64,000 nt of DNA, from positions 1,442,225 to 1,506,224 of the forward strand of contig CBDETH010000008.1 of the NCBI GenBank assembly GCA_965242885.1, in the 5' to 3' direction. Origin of the DNA: a bacterium. Its GTDB lineage: Bacteria > JAAXHH01. Positions 49,498 to 59,897 of this stretch are shown here, in pieces; the first letter of the stretch is position 1, and each line of letters opens with the position of its first letter. The translations under genes and the position numbers were made by a program. Below the pieces are notes generated by a model that made no database searches, was not told the origin of the DNA, and saw nothing but the letters and a program-made list of their open reading frames with translations.

Positions 49498-51117
49498 ATG
49501 GCTGATTCCCGGGCCCCCCAGGCCCTCACGGATCCCCAGGCCCACACGGACCCTCTGGCCCTCACCGGCCACGATCTCACTATTGACGACGTGGTCGCCG
49601 TCTCGCGGGGCCGACCCGTCGCCATACACCCCGATGCCCTTCCCCGCATGGAACGGTCCCGGGAGGTCGTGGACCGGCTGGTCTCGGAAGGGCGGATCGC
49701 CTACGGCATCACCACGGGGTTCGGCCGGTTCAAGGACAAGCTGATCTCGGCCGACCAGGTCGCCGAACTGCAGTTGAACCTGATCAGGAGCCACGCGGCC
49801 GGAACCGGTCCGGAACTGGACGAGGAGACCGTGCGGGCCATGCTGGTCATCCGGGCAAATACGCTCGCCATGGGCTATTCGGGCATTCGGACCGAAGTCG
49901 TGCAACTGATGGCGGACATGCTGAACGCGGGCGTACATCCCTGCATACCCGGACGGGGATCCCTCGGCGCGAGCGGGGACCTGGCGACGCTGGCCCACAT
50001 GTCCCTGGTGCTCATCGGCGAAGGCGAGGCCATGTACCGGTCCAGGCGGCTCGACGGCGCGTCCGCGCTGCGGGAGGCCGGCCTCCGGTCCGTAACCCTG
50101 GGTGCCAAGGAAGGCCTGGCCCTGACGAACGGCACCACGCTCATGGCCGGCCTCGGCGCCTTGCTGGTCCACCGGGCGACCTACCTGGCCCTCACGGCGG
50201 ATATCGCTGCCGCCATGACCCTGGAGGCGCTGGCCGGCACCGACCGCGCCTACGACGCAAGGGTGCACGCCATACGGCCCCACCCCCGGCAGATCGCCTG
50301 CGCGGGATTCCTGCGGGACATCCTGCACGGCAGCCGGTTGCTGCGTACCGACAATCCTGGCAACGTCCAGGATCCCTATACCCTGCGGTGCGTGCCCCAG
50401 GTACACGGCACGGTCAGGGACACGATCGACTACGCCCGCTGGGTGGTGGGCATCGAGCTGAACGCCGCGAACGACAATCCGCTGGTCTTCGCCAGTGACG
50501 ATCCCGCCGACGCGGAAGTCATCAGCGCGGGAAATTTCCACGGCGAACCCATCGCCGTCGCCATGGACAGCATGAAACTGGCGCTCGCGGACATGGGGAA
50601 CATGAGCGAACGGCGCGCGGCCCGGCTGGTGGATGCCGATTCCAACGGAGGCATTTTGCCCATGTTCCTCACGGACCACGGCGGACTGGAAAGCGGCCTG
50701 ATGCTCGCCCAGTACACGGCGGCGGCCCTGGCTTCTGAGAACAAAGTGCTGGCCCATCCCGCCAGCGCCGACTCCATTCCGAGCGGCGCCAATACGGAAG
50801 ACCATGTGAGCATGGGCGCGGCGTCGGTGCACCACACGCATCAGGTGGTGGAGAACGTGGAGACCATCGTCGCCATCGAGTTGATCGCCGCGGCCCAGGC
50901 CATCGACTTCAGATGCAGGGAACCCGGGATCACCCCTGAATCTCTGGGTGCCGGTACCGGCCTCGCATACCGGTTGATTCGCCGGCACGTCCCCTTCCTC
51001 GATCGCGACGTCCCGCTTTCCCCGCTATTTGAAGACATTCGTTCGCTGGTCGCGAAGGGCGATGTGGTCGCCGCGGTCGCAGAGAAGGTGGAAGTTCCCG
51101 GGCCGACGCTGGACTGA
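49498..51117 (+). CDS. hutH: Histidine ammonia-lyase
   Basis: MIO-forming Ala-Ser-Gly triad in SLGASGDLATLAHMS; 539 aa. Confidence 0.9.
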   Translation: MADSRAPQALTDPQAHTDPLALTGHDLTIDDVVAVSRGRPVAIHPDALPRMERSREVVDRLVSEGRIAYGITTGFGRFKDKLISADQVAELQLNLIRSHAAGTGPELDEETVRAMLVIRANTLAMGYSGIRTEVVQLMADMLNAGVHPCIPGRGSLGASGDLATLAHMSLVLIGEGEAMYRSRRLDGASALREAGLRSVTLGAKEGLALTNGTTLMAGLGALLVHRATYLALTADIAAAMTLEALAGTDRAYDARVHAIRPHPRQIACAGFLRDILHGSRLLRTDNPGNVQDPYTLRCVPQVHGTVRDTIDYARWVVGIELNAANDNPLVFASDDPADAEVISAGNFHGEPIAVAMDSMKLALADMGNMSERRAARLVDADSNGGILPMFLTDHGGLESGLMLAQYTAAALASENKVLAHPASADSIPSGANTEDHVSMGAASVHHTHQVVENVETIVAIELIAAAQAIDFRCREPGITPESLGAGTGLAYRLIRRHVPFLDRDVPLSPLFEDIRSLVAKGDVVAAVAEKVEVPGPTLD

Positions 51118-51193
51118 TTCCTTCATCCCCACGGGTCAAACGCGTCCCGGAAGGGCCGTAAAACCCGGTTCACCGAATGCCACCTGTTTATAG

Positions 51194-52477
51194 ATGGAAA
51201 ACATGGAAACCGTCGATCTGTACCTCCACAACGCGGAACAGGTCGTGACCTGCGCATCGCGCGGACCGAAACGCGGGGCGGCCATGGCGGAGGCCGGCGT
51301 GATCGAGCGCGGCGCCGTGGCGGTCAGGGACGGGCGGATCGTGGCGGCCGGCCCGACCACGCAACTGGACGAGGTTTTTGCGGCTGAGCGCGTGATCGAC
51401 TGCACGGGCCGGTCCGTTTGTCCCGGCTTCGTGGACGCCCATACCCATACGGTCTTCGGCGGCGACCGGGCGGCGGAATTCGAACTGCGGATCAAGGGCG
51501 CTTCGTATCTGGAAATCATGGCGGCCGGCGGGGGGATCGTCAATACCGTCCGGCACACGCGGTCGGCATCCGAGGACGAGCTCGCGCGCTCCGCCACGGC
51601 CCGCCTCGACGAAATGCTGGCGCTGGGCACCACGACCGTGGAGATCAAGACCGGCTATGGCCTGTGTGCTTCCGACGAACTGAAGATGCTCCAGGTCATC
51701 GAAGAACTCGACCGCAACCATCCCTGCGATATCGTACCCACGTTCCTGGGCGCCCACACTGTGCCTCCCGAATTCGATGGGGATGCCGAAACGTACACGC
51801 GGTGCGTCATCGACGAGATCCTGCCGGAAGCGGCGGCCTGGTATGCATCATCCCCGTTCGCGGCACGCGGCGTTCCCATGTACGTCGACGTGTTCTGCGA
51901 AGACCACGCCTTCGATCTCGACCAGTCCCGCCGTGTGCTGGAGGCAGGGATCGAAGCCGGTTTCAAGGCGAAGATGCACGTGGACCAGTTCAATAGTTTC
52001 GGCGGCGTCGCCATGGCCCTGGAGCTCGGCGCCGCTTCGGTGGATCATCTCGACGTGACGGACCGCGCTGAAATCGAGATGATTGCCGGAACCGACACCA
52101 TTGCCGTCCCGCTTCCGGCCGTCAACTTCAACCTGGGCATGACGGACTATGCCGACGCCCGGGCGATGATGAACGCGGGCGCCGCCGTGGCCCTCGCCAC
52201 CGACCTGAACCCCGGTTCCGCGCCCTGTCCATCCATGCCCGCGGTCATGGCCATAGCCTGCAGGTACCAGCGGCTGACCCCGGCGGAGGCGTTGAACGCG
52301 TCCACCATCAACGCGGCCCACGCGATCGGGGAGGGCGAGGAGGCGGGTTCTATCGAAGCTGGCAAGCGGGCCGATATCCTCGTGCTTAAGGCGGGAGATT
52401 ACCGGCATATTCCTTATTTCTTCGGAGGAAACCCGGTGCAGACCGTGATCAAGCGGGGGCGGGTATTCAGCCGATGA
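51194..52477 (+). CDS. hutI: Imidazolonepropionase
   Basis: PGFVDAHTHTVFGGDRAAEF...; amidohydrolase fold; 427 aa; 4-nt overlap with hutF. Confidence 0.9.
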   Translation: MENMETVDLYLHNAEQVVTCASRGPKRGAAMAEAGVIERGAVAVRDGRIVAAGPTTQLDEVFAAERVIDCTGRSVCPGFVDAHTHTVFGGDRAAEFELRIKGASYLEIMAAGGGIVNTVRHTRSASEDELARSATARLDEMLALGTTTVEIKTGYGLCASDELKMLQVIEELDRNHPCDIVPTFLGAHTVPPEFDGDAETYTRCVIDEILPEAAAWYASSPFAARGVPMYVDVFCEDHAFDLDQSRRVLEAGIEAGFKAKMHVDQFNSFGGVAMALELGAASVDHLDVTDRAEIEMIAGTDTIAVPLPAVNFNLGMTDYADARAMMNAGAAVALATDLNPGSAPCPSMPAVMAIACRYQRLTPAEALNASTINAAHAIGEGEEAGSIEAGKRADILVLKAGDYRHIPYFFGGNPVQTVIKRGRVFSR

Positions 52478-53721
52478 ACCCTGGGAACGACGCGCCCGCG
52501 ATCCGATACGAAACCGGCCACTGGGTCCTGCCGGGCCTGGCCACGGCCCACTCCCACGCCTTCCAGCGTGCCCTCCGCGGGCGGACGCAGCGGCGCACGA
52601 CCGGGGCCGGCACTTTCCGGGGCTGGCGGGACGAGATGTACCGGCTGGTCGAAGGACTGAGTCCGGACGACCTGTATGCCATATCGCGTTTCGCCTATAC
52701 CGAACTGGCGATGTCCGGCGTCACGGCTGTCGGCGAGTTCCATTACGTGCATCACGGTCCGGGCGCGCATCCCTATGCGAATCGCACCGAACTGGCGGAC
52801 GCCGTTATCCGCGCGGCCCGGGACGTCGGCATCCGGATCTGTCTGATCCGTGCCGCTTACCTTCGGGCCGGTTACCGGCAGTCAGCGGTCCCGGCGCAGG
52901 AACGATTCATCGACCCGTCGATCGACCACGTGATGCAAGACCTCGATGTCCTGCGAACGCGTTACGCGGACGATCCTCACGTAGCCGTGGCCGCTGCCGT
53001 TCATAGTGTCCGGGCGGTGCCGATATCCGGGATTCGGACGCTGGCCGCGTACGCGGACGAGCACGATATTCTCTTCCACATGCACGTCAGCGAACAACGT
53101 GGTGAGCTGGAGGAATGCAGGGCGGAGCACGGGACGACGCCCGTGGCGCTGCTTGCCAATGAAGGGGTGCTTTCCTCGCGTTTCGTGGCCGTGCACGCCA
53201 CGCACCTGGAGGACGCGGAAGTCTCCGCATTGGGCGAAAATCGCGCTTTCGTGTGCATCTGCCGTACGACGGAAAGGGATCTCGGCGATGGGCTCCCGCC
53301 CACGTCCGGATTGCTTGACACCGGCGCGCGCCTCTGCGTCGGCGTGGACAGCCACGCCTGCGAGAACGCCTTCGAAGAAGTCAGGGCCGTGGAACTCGAC
53401 GAACGATCCCGCCTGGAGAAGCGGCACGCCGCGACGGAGGGACGGGATCTGCTGGACGCGGCCACGAGACAGGGCTACGTGGCCTGTGGATTGGGGGAGT
53501 CGTGGCGGGAAGACCATGTCCACCTGAATCCCGACGACCCGTCCATCGCGGCCATCGATCCGGATCTCGCTCCTGACGCGATCCTCTTCGGCACCACGCC
53601 GAGGGCGGTGAAATCCGTCGTCGTCGCGGGGAGGCAGATCATTGACGAGGGCCGTCACGCCCAATACGACGAGACCTTGGAACTGTACCGCAAATCGCTG
53701 CGTAAACTGGAGTTAATTTAA
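52474..53721 (+). CDS. hutF: Formimidoylglutamate deiminase
   Basis: LPGLATAHSHAFQRALRGRTQ ... FRGWRDEMY ... VGEFHYVHH blocks characteristic of HutF. Confidence 0.8.
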   Translation: MNPGNDAPAIRYETGHWVLPGLATAHSHAFQRALRGRTQRRTTGAGTFRGWRDEMYRLVEGLSPDDLYAISRFAYTELAMSGVTAVGEFHYVHHGPGAHPYANRTELADAVIRAARDVGIRICLIRAAYLRAGYRQSAVPAQERFIDPSIDHVMQDLDVLRTRYADDPHVAVAAAVHSVRAVPISGIRTLAAYADEHDILFHMHVSEQRGELEECRAEHGTTPVALLANEGVLSSRFVAVHATHLEDAEVSALGENRAFVCICRTTERDLGDGLPPTSGLLDTGARLCVGVDSHACENAFEEVRAVELDERSRLEKRHAATEGRDLLDAATRQGYVACGLGESWREDHVHLNPDDPSIAAIDPDLAPDAILFGTTPRAVKSVVVAGRQIIDEGRHAQYDETLELYRKSLRKLELI

Positions 53722-53760
53722 ATAAAGAAAGATGGGCGAACGAAACGAAAGGAGCCCCTG

Positions 53761-54615
53761 ATGGCATCAGTCAAGTTTGACTACGCGGAGATGATCTGGA
53801 ACGAGGTCAGGGACGCCGCGGCCCAGGACCGGGTCGCCCTCCTGCCGGTGGCGACTTATGAAGACCACGGACCGCACCTGCCGGTGGACGTCGATGTGGT
53901 CCTGGCGACGGAGATCTGCCGGCGCGCCGCGGCCCGCATCCCGGAGGAGGTCGTGCTCGCCCCTCCGGTGACCCACGGCTACAGTCCTCATCACATGGAT
54001 TTCCACGGGACGATCACCATCCGGTGGGACACCTTCATCAACTACGTCAGGGACGTGTGCTGCAGCCTGGCCTATCACGGTTTCAAGCGTATCCTCATCA
54101 TCAATGGCCACGGGAGCAACACCTCGCCCCTGGATCTGGCCGCCCGTCTCACCGTGCTCGACTATGAGGGACGTGTTCTTTGCGCCAGTGCGAACCACTG
54201 GGGACTGAGGCAGGCCCGGAAGACGGGTAATGCGCTCCGCGATTCGGACTACGGCGGGACGTCTCACGGCGGGGAATACGAGACGTCGCTCTACCTCGTC
54301 CTGAAGCCCGACCTGGTCGAGATGGACAAGGCCGTGGACAACCGGAGCCCGCTTCCCGACAGTTTCAAGACGGACCTCCTGTCCGGCGGACATCCCGATG
54401 CTTCCGACGCCCGCCTGGTACCCTACTGGAGTTCGATTTCTCCCAGCGGAGTCATGGGAGACGCCACAAAAGCGACGAAAGAGAAGGGAGAGAAGTTCCT
54501 GGAGGCCGCCATCAACGGCGTGATCGAGCTCGTCCGGGAATTGCGCGGGACCCCCATACTTGCGCGGCGCGTGCAGCACGGAGATGTTCCAGATACGAAG
54601 TGGAAGATGACCTAG
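53761..54615 (+). CDS. Creatininase-family amidohydrolase, a candidate N-formylglutamate deformylase occupying the HutG position
   Basis: LLPVATYEDHGPHLPVDVDVVLATEICRRAA matches the creatininase-family core (LPxGSxEQHGPHLPLxTD). Confidence 0.65.
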   Translation: MASVKFDYAEMIWNEVRDAAAQDRVALLPVATYEDHGPHLPVDVDVVLATEICRRAAARIPEEVVLAPPVTHGYSPHHMDFHGTITIRWDTFINYVRDVCCSLAYHGFKRILIINGHGSNTSPLDLAARLTVLDYEGRVLCASANHWGLRQARKTGNALRDSDYGGTSHGGEYETSLYLVLKPDLVEMDKAVDNRSPLPDSFKTDLLSGGHPDASDARLVPYWSSISPSGVMGDATKATKEKGEKFLEAAINGVIELVRELRGTPILARRVQHGDVPDTKWKMT

Positions 54616-54639
54616 GGGATTGCGAGCGACAACCCGCAC

Positions 54640-55476
54640 TCAGCCCCGCGACGGCTCGCTCATGGTTTCCCTGGCCTGGCGGCTCAGTTCCGGCAGATGA
54701 TCGTCATTGGCCATGACCTGCTCGAGGTGACGCATGCGGTCGGGGGAAGCAGTTCGCAGCATCGCCGGGCCATACGCTTCGTCCAGCCAGAAGCGGGAAG
54801 CGCCGCTGATGTAATCGCGCAGTTCCGGGACGAGACGGTCGGGATAGCGCTGGCACAGGTTCATGGTGAACATCCGCCGGCGCCCACCGCCGCCGAACGA
54901 GGCGTGCTTGGTATTGTGGTTGAAGCAGACGATATCGCCCGGCCGGGTCTCCAGCGCCTGGGCCGGTACGTCCGCGGGCGCCGTATCCCACAATGACAAA
55001 CTCTCGCCTACGTTTTTCTGCAAGCCAGCTCCATAGATGTCATCCCGCTTATGGCTGCCGGGAATGACCCGCAGACAGCCGGTGTCCCGGGTTAACGAAT
55101 CCAGGTAATAGGCGATCTTGATATGAAGGATTTCGGGATGCCATCCATCGGAGTGCCACCTCGTATCGCCGGCATAGTAGTTACCGTCGCTGCCCATGTA
55201 ATTGAAATCGTCACCCAGAAGACTGGTCGCGATCCCCCGGATCCGCTCGTCGTCCAGCAGCGAGGATAACCGGTCATGCTGGTCGATGAACGGTACGATG
55301 CAGGAGCGTTCCTTTCCGTCATGCGGCCGTCCGTGGTGCCCGCCTCCTCGACTTGCCCAGACCGCTTCGAAGTCATTGATGATCTCGTCGATACGGTCAT
55401 CCAGCAGACCCGGGAATCCCAGGTAACCGAACGTATCGAAGAAAGCGAGTTGCTGCTCAGTCAATTTGTAGCCCAT
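54640..55476 (-). CDS. Phytanoyl-CoA dioxygenase (PhyH) family oxygenase, second copy
   Basis: VIPGSHKRDD ... FNHNTKHASFG. A double SD aaggag lies upstream of ATG 55476 (MGYKLTEQQ...). Confidence 0.6.
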   Translation of the reverse strand: MGYKLTEQQLAFFDTFGYLGFPGLLDDRIDEIINDFEAVWASRGGGHHGRPHDGKERSCIVPFIDQHDRLSSLLDDERIRGIATSLLGDDFNYMGSDGNYYAGDTRWHSDGWHPEILHIKIAYYLDSLTRDTGCLRVIPGSHKRDDIYGAGLQKNVGESLSLWDTAPADVPAQALETRPGDIVCFNHNTKHASFGGGGRRRMFTMNLCQRYPDRLVPELRDYISGASRFWLDEAYGPAMLRTASPDRMRHLEQVMANDDHLPELSRQARETMSEPSRG

Positions 55477-55502
55477 AACCTGCGCTCCTTGGCTCCTTGA
55501 GC

Positions 55503-55934
55503 CTACGGATTGGGAGGAGAGGTGCAGATGAGTACGACCAGGGTTTCGGTACCGGTGTTTTCTATACCGTGCAGACACCAGGGCGGCAGATAGACGAAGT
55601 CGCCTTTTTTCACGGCACGTTTGTAATTCGCGAAGGTCATTTCCCCCGATCCCTCAAGGATGACATAGGTTTCTTCGGTGGGATGCGAACCTGGTTCAAG
55701 AATGACATGGGGCGGCACGTAAAACAGCACCAGCCCCATGTTCTCCGCGGGGGCGTTGGGATTGACGGGATGCACCACTCTGACCCCCAGACCGTTGCAT
55801 CCCGGATAGACGACCGGCACGCCGTCCTGGGCGTTGACGATCATGGGATCCGGAGGCGTCTCCGGTTTGGGGATGTCGGGGATTTTGGCCTGGTCTTCAC
55901 CGGTGTATCCTTTGAATTCGGTGATCTTCGCCAT
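55503..55934 (-). CDS. Cupin-domain protein
   Basis: Small (143 aa) RmlC-like cupin motif (EETYVILEGSGEMTF ... GDFVYLPPWCLHGIENTG). Confidence 0.55.
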   Translation of the reverse strand: MAKITEFKGYTGEDQAKIPDIPKPETPPDPMIVNAQDGVPVVYPGCNGLGVRVVHPVNPNAPAENMGLVLFYVPPHVILEPGSHPTEETYVILEGSGEMTFANYKRAVKKGDFVYLPPWCLHGIENTGTETLVVLICTSPPNP

Positions 55935-55978
55935 GTGATGAGCGCTCCCATTCCGTTGCTGCCTGGGCGAAATGTGTA

Positions 55979-56857
55979 TTAACCGTCACGTCTCGACGTG
56001 TATTCGAAATCGAACTCCAGTGTATCGCCCAGAGGCACGTAACCGATTTTCTGATAGATGTGGTTGGAGGCTGGGTTCGACTGGTCGGTAAACAGACTAC
56101 AGAAACTGAACCGGCCCGCAAGCAGTTTCTTCGTCAACGCGTAAACGCACGAAGTCGCGTATCCCCGGTTACGTAACGCGGCAGGAGTGTAAACCATTGT
56201 GACATTCGTACCGTTTCTCATGGCCCGCGACTGCCTGGCGATCGACACCGGTCGATCGTCCTCCCAGATGTACAGGTTTCCCTCCTTGATGTACTTTTCA
56301 GCGTTGCGTTCCGCCTTCCCCGGTCCGCTTTCCTCACCGACCGCTTCCCGCGTGAATGCCGCGACCCACTTCGCCATCAGTCGTTGATCCGCCATTTCAG
56401 CCGGCCTCAGCCCGCCCGGGGCGAGCGGCACATCGATCACGCTACGAGTCTCGAATACCCGCAGCCGTTTTCGCTGTATCGCTGAACACCCTGGAAAAGT
56501 CCTTATCCATTGACTGGAAAAGCTCCGGGCCTCAGCCTCCGGTCCAACTACGCCTGGCACCTGTACCTTCCCGCTTTGCAGGTGCCGAACAAGCCGGTAC
56601 ATGGCACCATCGATTTCCGTGTCGTAAATGCTCAGGACGAGTCTGTAGGGCGGCGACCTGACCGCTACGCCCACCGGATCGCCACTATCCAGAATGCTCA
56701 GAAGCAGCGGCGGTTCGTCGCCGTAGTAGTACGGATCTTCGGCCAGCGTGTACGCCAGGCCCAGGGGCAGGTTGTTCTCGCTCTCGCGTTTTTCCAGGTG
56801 GGAACCGCACAGCGCCAGAAGTTCCCTTGCGTGGCCATGTTGCACGATGTCGTACAT
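55979..56857 (-). CDS. GNAT-family N-acetyltransferase
   Basis: C-terminal acetyl-CoA-binding fold (...RNRGYATSCVYALTKKLLAGRFSFCSLFTDQSNPASNHIYQKIGY...). Confidence 0.65.
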   Translation of the reverse strand: MYDIVQHGHARELLALCGSHLEKRESENNLPLGLAYTLAEDPYYYGDEPPLLLSILDSGDPVGVAVRSPPYRLVLSIYDTEIDGAMYRLVRHLQSGKVQVPGVVGPEAEARSFSSQWIRTFPGCSAIQRKRLRVFETRSVIDVPLAPGGLRPAEMADQRLMAKWVAAFTREAVGEESGPGKAERNAEKYIKEGNLYIWEDDRPVSIARQSRAMRNGTNVTMVYTPAALRNRGYATSCVYALTKKLLAGRFSFCSLFTDQSNPASNHIYQKIGYVPLGDTLEFDFEYTSRRDG

Positions 56858-56866
56858 GACGCGGCC

Positions 56867-57625
56867 TCAGGACAACTCGTACCGGATCCACCACCAGTAG
56901 TTGCCGATATGCACCATGAGGTTTTTCGACAGGGGCTCGAATATGCGCCTCAATTCGTCTTCCGTTGGATCATTCTCGACCATGACGAATTCCGAACCAT
57001 CGGACAACTGTCGCGTCATGAACTGGTCCTCGTGGCCCTCAATCCTGAACAGCCGGCTCACGGCATCGGGACTTGTCGGCCTGGACGACCGCATGAACAC
57101 GACAGAACCCTCCTCGAGCCGTGCGTGGAAGCCATGCAGAAACTCCGCATGCCTCGAAGCAGGGCAGGTGTGCAGAAACCCCGCCGCGAAACCGCCGTCA
57201 AAACGCTTGCCTGGCGCGATGGATCCAAGTTCGAAGGCGTCGCCGGCCAGATAACTGACGTTGGGCGGGTTGTCGTTTTCTGCGGCGATGCGCAACATGT
57301 TGGGAGCGATCTCCACCCCCGTTACGGTCACCGCGGTCACCGCGATTTCCCGGGTCGCCGATCCCGTGCCGCTCGCTACCTCGAGCACCTTCCGGCTGCG
57401 CATGGCTTCCTGCGATTCCCGGACCATCCTGGCCTGTTCGGCCGGCAGATCTGGCGCGGGGCCGCGAGGTACCCTGTGCGGCATGTCGCCATGGACCTGG
57501 CGCAGGTTGTAGTACTCGATGGTCGCTCGATGCAGGTTCTCCGGTTGCAGATTGTCCGGATACGGCACTGGCCCGCGACCGTGCAATTCCGGCGCTGGTC
57601 GACGGTCGCGCGTTTTCCTGCTCAT
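56867..57625 (-). CDS. Class I SAM-dependent methyltransferase
   Basis: Motif I KVLEVASGTGSATREIAV; 252 aa. Confidence 0.7.
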   Translation of the reverse strand: MSRKTRDRRPAPELHGRGPVPYPDNLQPENLHRATIEYYNLRQVHGDMPHRVPRGPAPDLPAEQARMVRESQEAMRSRKVLEVASGTGSATREIAVTAVTVTGVEIAPNMLRIAAENDNPPNVSYLAGDAFELGSIAPGKRFDGGFAAGFLHTCPASRHAEFLHGFHARLEEGSVVFMRSSRPTSPDAVSRLFRIEGHEDQFMTRQLSDGSEFVMVENDPTEDELRRIFEPLSKNLMVHIGNYWWWIRYELS

Positions 57626-58305
57626 TTGCGCACCGTTCCTGTGACGGCGAGGTAGAGCTTTCCGTCGTATTGCACGGTGAAGTCCATTTCGCAGGTATCG
57701 GACATCCGGTCGAAATCCGCCCCTTCGAAGTACCGCTTGTAGATCTCGAATTGCCGCCCGTCATTGAGCGTGCGGACCGTGGTGCCTTCCTTGGACCGGG
57801 ACCCGCGGTAGCGTGTCCAATTGGAGTCCAGAATAACAATGCGTCCGTCAGGTTTCAGTGCGTTCCGCAGCCTAAGGAAAAACTGCTCTATCTGGCTGTC
57901 CGTGACGTGGCTGAGGAAGAACCCCACCAGTACGGAATCGAAGGACCGGTCTTCCAACGACACCTCGAGGGCATCGGTCTTCATGAAACTGGTGATCGGC
58001 TCGACGTCATGGGCGCGCGCCTTCTCCCTTCCCTCCGCGAGCATGTTCCCGGACTGGTCCACGAGCGTGATCGCCGAACAGTTCGCAGCGTAAAACTGTA
58101 GCCAGTAGCCCGTTCCGCACGGGATATCCAGGACGCTGCCGCGACAGTGGTCCCGGACGAGATGCCCCAGGGACCGGGCCTCTTCCTTGTACAGCTCCGG
58201 ATCCGAAACTTTACCGGGCGGCCTGCCCAGCGTGTAGATTTCGTCGAACTCGGCCGCCCGTTCGTTGTAATACTCGTTCATGCTCTGCTGCAGGCGCGGG
58301 TCCAT
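57622..58305 (-). CDS. Class I SAM-dependent methyltransferase
   Basis: Motif I GSVLDIPCGTGYWLQFYA; 4-nt overlap with the downstream methyltransferase. Confidence 0.7.
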   Translation of the reverse strand: MDPRLQQSMNEYYNERAAEFDEIYTLGRPPGKVSDPELYKEEARSLGHLVRDHCRGSVLDIPCGTGYWLQFYAANCSAITLVDQSGNMLAEGREKARAHDVEPITSFMKTDALEVSLEDRSFDSVLVGFFLSHVTDSQIEQFFLRLRNALKPDGRIVILDSNWTRYRGSRSKEGTTVRTLNDGRQFEIYKRYFEGADFDRMSDTCEMDFTVQYDGKLYLAVTGTVRK

Positions 58306-58490
58306 GGATGGATCACTTTCCTGATCGAAACTACAGTTTGCCGCATTACGTCTTGAATGTCCTGGGTATCCAAAGTGTAAAACTGTTTATTACGCAGTCA
58401 AGGATGCATTCCCATTTTAAGTACCGCTCCGAAACCAGGATGCTGGATCGAGGTTGCCGGCGCGACCTCGCAGATCAAAGGAGTATTATC

Positions 58491-59897
58491 ATGAGTTCGG
58501 AAGGCTATGCAAACGACCGCCCCACGGGACACCCGAATACCATGGAACGGCGGCATTTCCTGAAAACCGCCGGCGTGACAGCCGGTTTGGCCACGTTCCT
58601 CGGTCCCGATTCCTTCCGGGGCGTCGAAGCCGCGGTAAGTGAAACCGCGGATCTCACGCCGCTAGAGGCCGCCCGTGACGAAGGGCTCTGGCGCGAAGTC
58701 AAGCGGGCATACACGGTGGACCGCAGCCTGATCAATCTGGATAACGGCTATGCCTGCCCTACGCCCCGCGTCGTCACCGAAGCGTTCATTCGATACATAT
58801 GGGAACAGGAACAGAACCCGTACGGGGTGTTCGTTGACATGGCCAGGGACCGCATGAGTACCGTGAAGAAGTCCGTGGCGCGGCAGTTCGGAAGCATCCC
58901 CGATGAAATCGCCCTCGTGCGCAACACCACCGAGGCGCTCAAGACGGTCCTGTACGGCATCCCGCTGAACCGGGGTGACGAAGTCCTCACGACGACCCAT
59001 GACTATCCTTCCCTGGTGCGGGTCGTGCGGGATCGGGAGCAGAAAGAAGGGATCAAACTGGTCGAGGTGCCCGTACCGTATCCCGCAGGATCCATGGATG
59101 AGCTGGTGAAAGCCATTGAAAACGGCATTACATCGAAGACCCGCGTCATCCTGGTGTCCCACATAACGTACACCACCGGTCAGGTGTTTCCGATCCGGCA
59201 GATCAGCGACCTGGCCCATCGGCACGGGATCGAAGTCGTCGTGGACGGCGCCCATGCCGTCGCCCATTTGGATTTCAAGGCCTCGGACCTGGACTGCGAC
59301 TATTACGGAGCAAGCCTGCACAAATGGCTGAGTGCGCCGAAAGGGACCGGCTTGCTGTACATGAAGCGCGAGCACGTCGAGAAGATCGAGCCGTTGTACG
59401 GCCCGACCATGAGTCTCCGATTCAACCCCCTGACGAGCATGCAGAAATACGAATCCGTCGGCACCCAACCCCTGCCGCCGTTCCTCGCCATCGGCGAGGC
59501 CGTCGCTTTTCACAACGCCATCGGACCGAAGCGCAAGGAAGAACGGCTTCGTTACCTGAAGAATTACTGGGCGGAACGGCTTCAAAGCCACCCCAAGATA
59601 CGGGTATACACCCCGACGGCCCCCGAAATGAGTTGCTGTATCGCCGGGGTTGGAATCGAAGGGGCCGATCCGACCGGTATTCGGGACTACCTTTGGAATG
59701 AACATCAGATTCGGACTTCCCGGGGCCGGTACGACCGGGAGGACACCGGTCGTACGTGGGTTCGTATCACGCCGAATCTGTACACTACTCTGTCTGAGCT
59801 CGATTACTTCAGCGACGTGATGGAAGAGGCGGCAGAGAACGGCCTGCCGGAACCGTACAGCAGGTACGAATTCGATCCGGAACGAATGCGCAGGTAG
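58491..59897 (+). CDS. Tat-signal-bearing aminotransferase class V-fold PLP-dependent enzyme (isopenicillin-N-epimerase / cysteine-desulfurase-like)
   Basis: Twin-arginine signal ERRHFLKTAGVTAGLATFLG; class V AT fold (..ALVRNTTEALKTVLYG...HDYPS...VVDGAHAVAHLDF..SLHKWLSAPKGTGLLY). SD aaaggag lies upstream of ATG 58491. Confidence 0.7.
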   Translation: MSSEGYANDRPTGHPNTMERRHFLKTAGVTAGLATFLGPDSFRGVEAAVSETADLTPLEAARDEGLWREVKRAYTVDRSLINLDNGYACPTPRVVTEAFIRYIWEQEQNPYGVFVDMARDRMSTVKKSVARQFGSIPDEIALVRNTTEALKTVLYGIPLNRGDEVLTTTHDYPSLVRVVRDREQKEGIKLVEVPVPYPAGSMDELVKAIENGITSKTRVILVSHITYTTGQVFPIRQISDLAHRHGIEVVVDGAHAVAHLDFKASDLDCDYYGASLHKWLSAPKGTGLLYMKREHVEKIEPLYGPTMSLRFNPLTSMQKYESVGTQPLPPFLAIGEAVAFHNAIGPKRKEERLRYLKNYWAERLQSHPKIRVYTPTAPEMSCCIAGVGIEGADPTGIRDYLWNEHQIRTSRGRYDREDTGRTWVRITPNLYTTLSELDYFSDVMEEAAENGLPEPYSRYEFDPERMRR

